Below are positions 56,627 through 64,000 of a stretch of DNA of 64,000 nt, piece after piece. Below the pieces are notes generated by a model that saw only the letters and a program-made list of their open reading frames with translations, did not search any database and had not been told where the DNA came from. Origin of the DNA: an uncultured Chloroflexia bacterium (GTDB lineage Bacteria; Chloroflexota; Limnocylindria; Limnocylindrales; CSP1-4). The stretch is taken from assembly GCA_963781705.1 (NCBI GenBank), contig CAWAGP010000010.1, positions 746,767 to 810,766 of the forward strand, in the 5' to 3' direction. The position numbers and the translations under genes were made by a program. Position 1 is the stretch's first letter, and the number at the start of each line of letters is the position of its first letter.

Positions 56627-57481
56627 GTGCATCTTGTTGGACGTCAGCCGGTCGCCGGCGGTCGCCGGCGCCGGAGGGGCTGGGTGGGGCGCATCAACTG
56701 GGCGCGCTTCTGGGGCGCGGCGCTGATGGGCGCGACGCTGGGCGCTGGCCTATGGCTGCTGACCAGCGATCGCTTCGACCTGGGCCCCGACCAGCCCAGC
56801 GTTTCCGGCGTCCACTACACCAATGCCGCGGCCGTCAACGCGGCAATCGGCATCGGTAACGGCAGTCACACGAGCGTATTCATCGTGGACACGCAGTCGA
56901 TCGAGCGGGCGCTGTTGGCGCTGCCATCGGTTGCCTCTGCCGATGTCGAGGTTGGCTTGCCCGCACAACTGACCATATCGATCAGGGAACGTGCGCCGGT
57001 GATGGTCATCGATCGGCCGGACGGCGCCTACCTCTTGGACGAGACCGGCGTGGTCCTGCAGCGGCTGGTCGCTGGTCAGGCGCCTCCCACGGAGTTACCG
57101 GCGGTCGACGACGAGCGCCAGGCGTGGGCGCCCGAGCTGACCGTCGGCCAGCGCATCGACGATGTCGATTTGAGCGCCATGCTCCAGTTGGCCGCCCTCG
57201 GCCCGGCCGAGGTCGGCAGCAGCGCAGCCGCCCTGACGGTCAGCGCCGACGACACCGACGGCTACGTTGTCCGTCCGGTGTCGGGTGACTGGCGTGCCGT
57301 CTTCGGCGAGTACACCGCCAATCTGCGCCCGCCGGGAGTCATCGCCCTCCAGGTGCAATGCCTGCGCTCGTTGTTGGCGGCCGATGAGCTCGAGGTCGCG
57401 ACGATCTACCTCTCGCCACTCGATGATCGCTGCGGAACATTCGTACCGCGCGCCACGCCGTCCCCGGTTCCGTCCGCTTAG
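56627..57481 (+). CDS. ftsQ: Cell division protein FtsQ/DivIB (TM plus POTRA)
   Basis: Basic N-terminus, the TM FWGAALMGATLGAGLWLL, and a POTRA-like ALPSVASADVEVGLPAQLTISIRERAP. Located between ddl and ftsA. Confidence 0.8.
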   Translation: MHLVGRQPVAGGRRRRRGWVGRINWARFWGAALMGATLGAGLWLLTSDRFDLGPDQPSVSGVHYTNAAAVNAAIGIGNGSHTSVFIVDTQSIERALLALPSVASADVEVGLPAQLTISIRERAPVMVIDRPDGAYLLDETGVVLQRLVAGQAPPTELPAVDDERQAWAPELTVGQRIDDVDLSAMLQLAALGPAEVGSSAAALTVSADDTDGYVVRPVSGDWRAVFGEYTANLRPPGVIALQVQCLRSLLAADELEVATIYLSPLDDRCGTFVPRATPSPVPSA

Positions 57482-57495
57482 GCCAGAATGTAGAC

Positions 57496-58734
57496 GTGGA
57501 CCGCGAAGCCGTTCTCGTATCGCTCGACGTCGGGACGAGCAAGGTCGTGGCGCTCATCGGTGAGGTTACCCGCGACGGCGCGGTGACGGTCATCGGCAAG
57601 GGCGCCGCGAGCTCGTCTGGACTCAAGAAGGGCGTCGTCATCAACATCGACCAGACCGTCAACTCGATCCGCGCCGCGCGCGAGGCCGCGGAGCGGCTGT
57701 CCGGCTACCGCATCGAGTCGGCGATCGTGGCCGTCGGCGGCAATCTCGTCGAGAGCCAGAACTCGCGCGGCGCGGTAGCCGTCAGTGGCGCGCGCCGCGA
57801 GGTCACGCGCGAGGACATCGACCGGGCCACGGAGGTCGCCCGGGCGGTCACCATCCCATCCAACCGCGAGGTCCTGCACGTACTGCCGCGCGGCTTCGTG
57901 GTCGACGGACAGGAGGGCGTCAAGGACCCGCAGGGCATGAGCGCGGTACGCCTCGAGGTCGAGACGCTCATCGTCCACGCTTCGGCGACCGGCGTTCAGA
58001 ACCTGTCCAAGTGCGTCCAGCACGCCGACGTGCGCATCGATGAACTGGTGTGCGCATCGCTTGCCTCGGCCGATGCGGTGCTGACCGAAACCGAGCGCGA
58101 GCTGGGCGTGGCGGTCGCCGACTTCGGTGCGGGGACGCTCGACCTTGCCCTGCTCATGGATGGTTCGCCATTCCACACCGCAGTGTTGCCGCTGGGCGGC
58201 AACAACGTCACTAACGATGTGGCCATCGGGCTCAAGACGAGCCTCAACTCGGCCGAGGAGCTGAAGATCCACTACGGCACAGCCGACCCGGCGGCCGTCG
58301 GTGAGGACGAGCAGGTAGAAATCGACGCGATCGGCGACGGTGGCGAAGGCGAGACCGCCTCGCGCCGCGAACTGGCGATGATCATCGAGGCGCGCATGCG
58401 CGAGGTATTCGAGAAGGTTGGCGACGAGATCGAGCGCGCTGGCTCGCGCGGCATGCTGCCCGCCGGGCTGGTGCTCACCGGTGGCGCAGCGCAGCTTGCC
58501 GGCTCGGCGCGCCTCGCCCGCGAGGTGCTGGGTATGCCCGTCCGCGTCGCCGGTCCGACGGGCGTCGACGGGCTGACCGACCACCTGCTCACGCCCGCCT
58601 TCAGCACGTCGCTCGGGCTGCTCATGTGGGGCGCGCGCGCCGTGCACGGTTATGAGCCCGCGCGTTACGAGAGCGCGCCAGCGCCGGGCGTCTTCGGGCG
58701 CATGCGTGACTGGGCGCGCGGCCTGCTGCCGTAG
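57496..58734 (+). CDS. ftsA: Cell division protein FtsA
   Basis: LVSLDVGTSKVVALIGE, DFGAGTLDLALL and LTGGAAQLAG (actin-fold motifs). Confidence 0.93.
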   Translation: MDREAVLVSLDVGTSKVVALIGEVTRDGAVTVIGKGAASSSGLKKGVVINIDQTVNSIRAAREAAERLSGYRIESAIVAVGGNLVESQNSRGAVAVSGARREVTREDIDRATEVARAVTIPSNREVLHVLPRGFVVDGQEGVKDPQGMSAVRLEVETLIVHASATGVQNLSKCVQHADVRIDELVCASLASADAVLTETERELGVAVADFGAGTLDLALLMDGSPFHTAVLPLGGNNVTNDVAIGLKTSLNSAEELKIHYGTADPAAVGEDEQVEIDAIGDGGEGETASRRELAMIIEARMREVFEKVGDEIERAGSRGMLPAGLVLTGGAAQLAGSARLAREVLGMPVRVAGPTGVDGLTDHLLTPAFSTSLGLLMWGARAVHGYEPARYESAPAPGVFGRMRDWARGLLP

Positions 58735-58750
58735 GTCGCAGCGACAACGG

Positions 58751-59155
58751 GTGAAGCATCGCGAAGTCACCGTCCATAGCGCTGATCGGCGTGGCCTGTT
58801 CGACCTGACCGGGGCGTGCGCCGAGTTCGTCGCCGGGGAGGGGGACGGGATACTGGTCGTCTTCGTGCCGCACGCCACCGCGGGCGTTGTGGTTGTCGAG
58901 CTGGGCGCCGGCTCGGACATCGACCTGATGGCGGCCCTCGACCGGTTGCTGCCGCGTGACGACCGCTGGCGCCACCGGCACGGCTCTGCCGGCCACGGTG
59001 CGGATCACGTGCTGCCGCTGTTGGCTCCGCCATCGCTGTCGGTGCCGGTCGTCGACGGCAGCCTGCAACTGGGCACCTGGCAGTCGATCGCGTTGCTCGA
59101 CGGCAACCCGGACAACCAGGCTCGCCGCGTCCTGTTGAGCTTCATCGGCGGCTGA
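58751..59155 (+). CDS. yjbQ: YjbQ/UPF0047 family protein (secondary thiamine-phosphate synthase-like)
   Basis: [29 protein letters not shown] and [16 protein letters not shown] are family hallmarks. GTG 58751. Confidence 0.8.
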   Translation: MKHREVTVHSADRRGLFDLTGACAEFVAGEGDGILVVFVPHATAGVVVVELGAGSDIDLMAALDRLLPRDDRWRHRHGSAGHGADHVLPLLAPPSLSVPVVDGSLQLGTWQSIALLDGNPDNQARRVLLSFIGG

Positions 59156-59161
59156 CCGGGC

Positions 59162-59184
59162 GCTCGTCAATCGAGTGTTGACGA
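59162..59184 (+). terminator. Hairpin CTCGTCAA-tcgagtg-TTGACGAG after yjbQ (terminator/attenuator candidate; also contains a TTGACG -35-like hexamer)
   Basis: Perfect 8-bp stem starting 7 nt after the yjbQ stop. No U-tract. Confidence 0.3.
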
Positions 59185-59375
59185 GAGCCCGTAACTTTCC
59201 ACATTGCGTCCACAATTCAGCGTCACCCGCTGTCGAAATAGTGGACGGCGGCGGGCAAAGTCGTCCTGTCCGCGGGGGGTGCGCGACTATACTCGGCCGA
59301 ACTGCTGATCCTGCGCGATGCGCCCCGCCAGGACCGGGCAATCATCTTTTTCGTGCTTGGTGGAGGGGTTTGAAC

Positions 59376-60611
59376 ATGCCGCTGCGATCGGACTCGGAGA
59401 ACTTTGCGCTGATCCGAGTCATTGGGGTCGGCGGCGGCGGCAGCAACGCCGTCAACCGCATGATTCGCGCCGAGCTGATGGGCGTCGAGTTCATCGCCGT
59501 CAACACCGATGCCCAGGCGCTGCTCCAGTCGGACGCACCGCACAAGATCCGCATCGGCGACAAGATCACCCGCGGCCTGGGCGCCGGCGGTGACCCCGGC
59601 ATCGGCCAGCGCGCCGCCGAGGAGGACGCCGAGAAGATCTACGAGGCGCTCAAGGATTCGGACATGGTCTTCATCACCTGCGGCATGGGCGGCGGCACCG
59701 GTTCAGGCGCGACGCCGGTCATTGCCGAGGTCGCCCGTGACCTGGGCGCACTGACCATCGGCGTGGTGACCAAGCCGTTCTCGTTCGAAGGGGCTCGCCG
59801 CCGGCTCAACGCCGAGAAGGCCGCCGAGTTGCTGCGCGATAAGGTCGACACCCTGATCACGATTCCCAACGACCGCCTCAAGGACGTGGTCCAGAAGGAA
59901 ACGTCGATCCTCGACGCGTTCCGCGTCGTCGACGACGTGCTGCGCCAGGGCGTGCAGGGCATCAGCGACCTGATCACGGTGCCCGGGCTGATCAACCTCG
60001 ACTTCGCCGATGTGCGCACGGTCATGAAGGACGCCGGCTCGGCGCTGATGGGTATCGGCCGCGCGAGCGGCGAGGGCCGCGCGGCGAATGCCGCCAAGGA
60101 GGCCATCTCCAGCCCGCTGCTGGAGGTCAACATCTCCGGCGCCCAGGGCGTGCTGTTCAACATCACCGGCGGCCCCAGCCTGGCCCTGTACGAGGTCGAC
60201 GAAGCGGCCGAGATCATCAAGAGCACGGCCGACCCGGAGGCGAACATCATCTTCGGGACGGTCATCGACGAGCGCATGGGCGACGAGATCGCCATCACCG
60301 TCATCGCCACCGGCTTTGACGCCTCGCGCAAGCGCGACGCGGTGCGGACATTCGCGCCGGCTTCGGTCGACGTGGCCGGGTCGCTACGTGCCGCACGCGA
60401 CCATGACCTGGTGGATGTATCGGTGCGCCAGCCGACCGCGATCCCGGTCGGTGCGGAGAGCGCGTCTGCGCCGGCGGCCATGTCTGCCGCAGCAACACCC
60501 TCCGGCGCTCCCGGCACCGGCCAGCCGCGTGCCGGCATGGAGCCGCGCCGCGGGCCGCAGGTGGAAGTCGAGGATCTCGACATTCCCGCCTTCCTGCGGC
60601 GGCATCGCTGA
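59376..60611 (+). CDS. ftsZ: Cell division GTPase FtsZ
   Basis: [17 protein letters not shown], the [15 protein letters not shown] tubulin signature, NTDAQAL, and the C-terminal [10 protein letters not shown] peptide. GGAGGGG lies 8 nt upstream of ATG 59376. Confidence 0.96.
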   Translation: MPLRSDSENFALIRVIGVGGGGSNAVNRMIRAELMGVEFIAVNTDAQALLQSDAPHKIRIGDKITRGLGAGGDPGIGQRAAEEDAEKIYEALKDSDMVFITCGMGGGTGSGATPVIAEVARDLGALTIGVVTKPFSFEGARRRLNAEKAAELLRDKVDTLITIPNDRLKDVVQKETSILDAFRVVDDVLRQGVQGISDLITVPGLINLDFADVRTVMKDAGSALMGIGRASGEGRAANAAKEAISSPLLEVNISGAQGVLFNITGGPSLALYEVDEAAEIIKSTADPEANIIFGTVIDERMGDEIAITVIATGFDASRKRDAVRTFAPASVDVAGSLRAARDHDLVDVSVRQPTAIPVGAESASAPAAMSAAATPSGAPGTGQPRAGMEPRRGPQVEVEDLDIPAFLRRHR

Positions 60612-60638
60612 CCTGGAGCGCGCCGCTCGATCGGCGCG

Positions 60639-61364
60639 CTGAGCGGCACGAAAGCGGATCCGCGCAGCCCTGAAGCGGCCGCGCTGCGCGCGACGGCGGC
60701 GCAACTGGAGAGTCGCATCGGGCGCGCCTGTGACCGTGTGCGCCGTGATCCGGCGAGCGTGGCGCTGTTGCCGGTCAGCAAGTCGGTCGGCGTCGCACGG
60801 CTGCAAGCGGCGATGGCCGCGGGTTTGGCCACCTTTGCCGAGAACCGCGTGCAGGAGGCGCAGGCCAAACAGTCCGACCTCCACGGCGCCAGCTGGCACA
60901 TGGTCGGCCACCTGCAGTCGAACAAGGCCGGCGTGGCGGTCGGGCTTTTCAGCGCCATTCACTCGGTCGACTCGCTGTCGTTGGCGGAACGGCTCGGCCG
61001 GCTGGCCACGATGGAGGGGCGGATGCTGCCGGTCTACCTCGAGACCAATGTCGACCGCGACCCCGACAAGTTCGGCTTCGGTCCCGAGGAGCTCGTCGCC
61101 GGCGCGGCGCGGCTGTTGAGCATCGGCGGTCTGGAGGTGCGCGGCCTGATGACCGTCGGCCGGCGAGTCGCCCGGGCCGAGGACGCGCGCAGGACATTCC
61201 GGTCGCTGCGGGAGCTGAGCGAACGATTGCGCGCCGTCGACGCGCGCCTCGGACCAGGCCTGTCGATGGGCATGAGTGATGACTTCGAGGTCGCGGTGGA
61301 GGAGGGAGCCACCGTCGTACGCATCGGACGCGCGCTGTTCGGCGAGCGCTTGGCCCAACCGTGA
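60639..61364 (+). CDS. yggS: YggS/YlmE-family pyridoxal-phosphate homeostasis protein (start codon uncertain)
   Basis: LLPVSKSV (PLP Lys), [20 protein letters not shown] and [22 protein letters not shown]. The conserved N-terminal helix ([15 protein letters not shown]) lies upstream of the first GTG (60738), where only CTG codons (60639, 60684) are available in frame. Confidence 0.8.
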   Translation: MSGTKADPRSPEAAALRATAAQLESRIGRACDRVRRDPASVALLPVSKSVGVARLQAAMAAGLATFAENRVQEAQAKQSDLHGASWHMVGHLQSNKAGVAVGLFSAIHSVDSLSLAERLGRLATMEGRMLPVYLETNVDRDPDKFGFGPEELVAGAARLLSIGGLEVRGLMTVGRRVARAEDARRTFRSLRELSERLRAVDARLGPGLSMGMSDDFEVAVEEGATVVRIGRALFGERLAQP

Positions 61365-61684
61365 GGGAACGGCTGCGCTTCCGCGTGCGCGTCACGCCGC
61401 GTGCCGGTGTTGATGCCGTCGACGGTACGGACGAACTCGGGCGGCTGCATGTCCGGGTGCGCGCTGTGCCGGCCGACGGCGCTGCCAACACGGCCGTCCT
61501 GGTCACCGTGGCCCGCGCGCTGGACCTGGCTCCCTCGCGGTTACGGCTCGTGGCCGGCACCGGCGGGCGCCTCAAACTCATCGAAATCGTGGACACTCCC
61601 GCCAGCGCGCTCCTCCAGCACTGGCCGCAGCTCACGCTCCTGCCGGCCGGAAGCGCTCGGCAAGGGCGGGGGCTGGCGCGATGA
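61361..61684 (+). CDS. DUF167 (YggU) family protein
   Basis: RVRVTPRAGVDAVDG...LHVRVRAVPADGAANTAVL resembles the YggU fold signature. GTGA overlap with yggS, a common gene pairing. Confidence 0.7.
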   Translation: MRERLRFRVRVTPRAGVDAVDGTDELGRLHVRVRAVPADGAANTAVLVTVARALDLAPSRLRLVAGTGGRLKLIEIVDTPASALLQHWPQLTLLPAGSARQGRGLAR

Positions 61685-61730
61685 GCCGCAACCGCGATAA
61701 TGGGTGGTAGGTCCGCTGAGGACCGCTCGG

Positions 61731-61805
61731 GGGCGATTGGCTCAGTGGTAGAGCACGCGGTTCACATCCGCGGGGTCACTGGTTCGAATCCAGTATCGCC
61801 CACCA
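61731..61805 (+). tRNA. tRNA-Val (anticodon CAC), CCA encoded
   Basis: Acceptor stem GGGCGAT/ATCGCCC, D arm GCTCAGTGGTAGAGC, anticodon stem CGCGG/CCGCG with loop TTCACAT, T arm ACTGG-TTCGAAT-CCAGT, discriminator A, then CCA. Confidence 0.93.
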
Positions 61806-61828
61806 ATCCCTACCGGAGGGGGGCCGCG

Positions 61829-63145
61829 ATGATTCGCATGCTCGCTCGCTTGGCGACCGCCGTGGTATTGCTGGCCAGCTCCGCGGCGGGCGCCGCCGCC
61901 TACCCTCAACCGGTCGCCGGGGCCAGCCAGAGCAGCCTCGACCTCAGCGCGACGTACCGGGTCGACGCTAACTTCAGCTGGAACACGCGCAGCGCCGCTG
62001 TGGACACCATCGCCACCGTGCGCAACACGAGCAGTAGCTCGGTCGACAGCCTGGTGTTCAACCTCGCGCCGCTGTATCTGGGCGGCGCGCACATCGGTAG
62101 CGTGCTCGTCGACGGCCACAGCGCCGGCCACAGCACCAGCGACCAGACGCTTTTCGTTACGCTGCCGTCGGCCCTGGCCCACGGCGCATCGACAAGCGTC
62201 CAGATCGACTACACGGCCACCCTCAACGCGAACTCGAAAGGCGACCGCTGGCTGTTCGCGCGCACGTCGGTGATGACCGCCTACCGCTGGATACCGTGGC
62301 TCAGCCGGCCGGTCAGCTTTGAGGCCAATCGCCAGGGCGACCCGTGGGTGACGCCCATCAGTCCGCAGGTCAACGTCACCATCACCAGCGATCGGCGACT
62401 CAAGATCGCGTCCACCGGCCAGCGCACCGCGACGTCGAGCAACGGCCTCGTCCAGTCTTTCGTCGCCTACAACGTGCGCGACTTCAACTTCACCGCCGCG
62501 CCCAACTACCGGACCCGCACGCGCACCGTCAGTGTCGCTGGTAAGACGGTGCGCGTGACCTTCTACTACCGGACCCTGTCGCCCAACAGGGTGCTCAAGT
62601 GGGCGATTGCCGCCCTGCGCGATTACTCGAGCAAGATCGGTACGTACGCGTATTCACAGCTGAACATCGGCGAGATCGATCGCCATGGGGCGCCCATGGA
62701 GTCGCCCGAGCACTTCTGGCTCCCGGCCGGCACGTCCGCGCGCCTGCTGCCGTGGACCGTCACCCACGAGACCGGCCACCAGTGGTTCTACGCGGTCGTC
62801 GGCAACGACCAGCCCGCCCAGCCGTTCGCCGACGAGGCGGTCGTCGACTTCATGGCGCGCAACCTGGTCAACCTGTGGGCCAGGCCGCGCTGCCCCGAAG
62901 AGAACCTCGACCAGTCAGTCGCCCAGGCGGGCAACTGCTATCCGTGGGTTATCTACGTCGAGGGCAACCTCTACCTGCGCGACTACTACAACTACGTGGG
63001 CGCCTCCGATTACTGGCGCGGCCTGGCCAACTACTACGCCGCGTACAAGTGGAGCTTTGGCGGGACGCGCCAGGTGCTCGACGCCCTGGACGCCGCGGCG
63101 GGCATCCACTACCCGCACTACCTGCGTTTCCCGACGCTCTACTGA
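61829..63145 (+). CDS. Secreted M1-family (gluzincin) metallopeptidase
   Basis: Signal peptide MIRMLARLATAVVLLASSAAGAAA. HETGHQWFY...(x18)...E is the HEXXH-X18-E zinc site. GGAGGGGGG lies upstream of ATG 61829. The ORF-track start at 61700 would run through the tRNA. Confidence 0.8.
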   Translation: MIRMLARLATAVVLLASSAAGAAAYPQPVAGASQSSLDLSATYRVDANFSWNTRSAAVDTIATVRNTSSSSVDSLVFNLAPLYLGGAHIGSVLVDGHSAGHSTSDQTLFVTLPSALAHGASTSVQIDYTATLNANSKGDRWLFARTSVMTAYRWIPWLSRPVSFEANRQGDPWVTPISPQVNVTITSDRRLKIASTGQRTATSSNGLVQSFVAYNVRDFNFTAAPNYRTRTRTVSVAGKTVRVTFYYRTLSPNRVLKWAIAALRDYSSKIGTYAYSQLNIGEIDRHGAPMESPEHFWLPAGTSARLLPWTVTHETGHQWFYAVVGNDQPAQPFADEAVVDFMARNLVNLWARPRCPEENLDQSVAQAGNCYPWVIYVEGNLYLRDYYNYVGASDYWRGLANYYAAYKWSFGGTRQVLDALDAAAGIHYPHYLRFPTLY

Positions 63146-63205
63146 GCGGCCTGCGGTGCGCGATGATGCGCGCGCACTTCGCACCCATCAGCAGGGAGAT
63201 GATTC

Positions 63206-63709
63206 GTGGACGTAACGGCCGCCAAACCTCGCCGACACCGCCATCCGGTCAACGTGGCCCACTATGACCATGCCACGCGCGGCGAGCGCATCGCCGACGG
63301 TGTCACCGGCTTCATGGGCAGCTGGCTGTTCATCATCATCCAGTCGATCATCGTGGTCATCTGGGTGGGCGGCAACATCTGGCTGCTGAGCCAACCCTTC
63401 GACCCGTACCCGTTCATCCTGCTCAACCTGGCCTTCTCCACGCAGGCCGCCTACGCCGCACCGCTGATCCTGCTGGCCGGCAATCGTGCGGCGATACGCG
63501 ATCGGATGACACTCGAACATGCGGCGTCTGAGGCCGACCTCGAGGAGCAGCAGAACGAGCAGTTGCTGCTCGGCAACCGCGAGATCCTGAAGCGGGTGGA
63601 AGCAATGGAGCAGCGCATCCTGCACATGGAGCAGACCATCCTCGCCGTCGTCCGCGCGGCCCCGGTCGACGCTCCCGACAATGCCGCCGGTCAGGGCTCC
63701 GCTAGCTGA
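63206..63709 (+). CDS. DUF1003 domain membrane protein
   Basis: RIADGVTGFMGSWLFIIIQSIIVVIWV, DPYPFILLNLAFSTQAAYAAPLILLAGNR and a C-terminal coiled coil are typical of DUF1003. Confidence 0.8.
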   Translation: MDVTAAKPRRHRHPVNVAHYDHATRGERIADGVTGFMGSWLFIIIQSIIVVIWVGGNIWLLSQPFDPYPFILLNLAFSTQAAYAAPLILLAGNRAAIRDRMTLEHAASEADLEEQQNEQLLLGNREILKRVEAMEQRILHMEQTILAVVRAAPVDAPDNAAGQGSAS

Positions 63710-63733
63710 CCGACGCGCTACGCGAAGGGGCCG

Positions 63734-64000
63734 CTAAGGCGCCGACGAGGCGGCCAGCCGGCGCAGCACCGCCGGCAGGATGCCGCCCTGGCGGTAGTAC
63801 TCCAACTCGACCGGACCGTCGAGGCGCGAGATGACCTCGATGGTGCGCTCGGTGCCGTCGTCTGCGTGCACCCGCAGGCGCAGCGTCTGGTGTTGCGCGA
63901 GGCCGCCGTCGAGGCCCTCCAGGTCGTAGCGCTCGTGGCCGGTCAGGCCCAGGCTCGCGGCGTTCTGACCCGGCTGGAACTGGAGCGGCAGCACGCCCAT
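63734..64000 (-). CDS. acnA: Aconitate hydratase, C-terminal (swivel domain) fragment; the gene continues beyond the window
   Basis: GVLPLQFQPGQNAASLGLTGHERYDL...YYRQGGILPAVLRRL matches the conserved AcnA C-terminus. Confidence 0.88.
   Translation of the reverse strand: MGVLPLQFQPGQNAASLGLTGHERYDLEGLDGGLAQHQTLRLRVHADDGTERTIEVISRLDGPVELEYYRQGGILPAVLRRLAASSAP

Noticed and set aside
59639-60958. 439-aa ORF on the minus strand
   Set aside because: Antisense to ftsZ and yggS. Ser/Ala/Arg/Pro-rich, with no motifs.
61700-61828. N-terminal extension of the peptidase ORF (track start 61700)
   Set aside because: This stretch contains the tRNA-Val gene. The real start is ATG 61829, with a strong RBS and a signal peptide.

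Overview
High-GC (about 70% by eye) bacterial chromosomal segment. It is gene-dense, mostly core metabolism and cell envelope, with many GTG/TTG starts and many 4-nt start/stop overlaps (ATGA/GTGA/TTGA). I saw no transposase, integrase, phage gene or CRISPR array. Layout: (1) 1-917, end of murT plus gatD. (2) 1641-9505, minus strand, a tightly coupled operon for a group-3c-type [NiFe]-hydrogenase and heterodisulfide-reductase-like proteins: ACT protein, fused HdrC-HdrB, HdrA, MvhD, MvhG, MvhA, endopeptidase and a HypA-like protein lacking the zinc domain. As assembled, the large subunit has a 1-nt frameshift inside its C-terminal DPCxxCxxH motif. (3) 12136-15535, a five-gene coupled module: small RR-leader protein, ApbE, bis-heme ferric-reductase-type membrane protein, NuoF-like flavoprotein, ferredoxin. 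I read it as an uncharacterised transmembrane electron-transfer/flavinylation system. (4) parB-parA (minus strand), then a 133-bp intergenic region with a cluster of DnaA-box-like sequences. This region is flanked on both sides by exact copies of an unusual palindrome (GTGTCTTTGCGCAAAGAC), one of them inside parB. (5) Propionyl-CoA carboxylase, methylmalonyl-CoA mutase and epimerase genes. (6) A cyclase-STAND-TPR protein. (7) TCA block: sucDC, icd, sdhCDAB, and acn at the window end. (8) An RNase H-NUDIX fusion and a frameshifted GNAT gene. (9) A lower-GC accessory-looking module: LAL/LuxR regulator, 20-bp palindrome, DUF4242-like protein and a 979-aa secreted beta-propeller/LRR-like/Ig-like protein, ending next to rnpB (RNase P RNA). 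(10) A dcw cluster running mraZ, rsmH, ftsL, ftsI, murF, mraY, murD, ftsW, murG, murB, ddl, ftsQ, ftsA, yjbQ, ftsZ, yggS, with a recognisable Pmra promoter and MraZ-box repeats; murE and murC are absent. (11) tRNA-Val(CAC), an M1-type metallopeptidase and a DUF1003 protein. Most long ORFs antisense to these genes in the six-frame track are high-GC artefacts.
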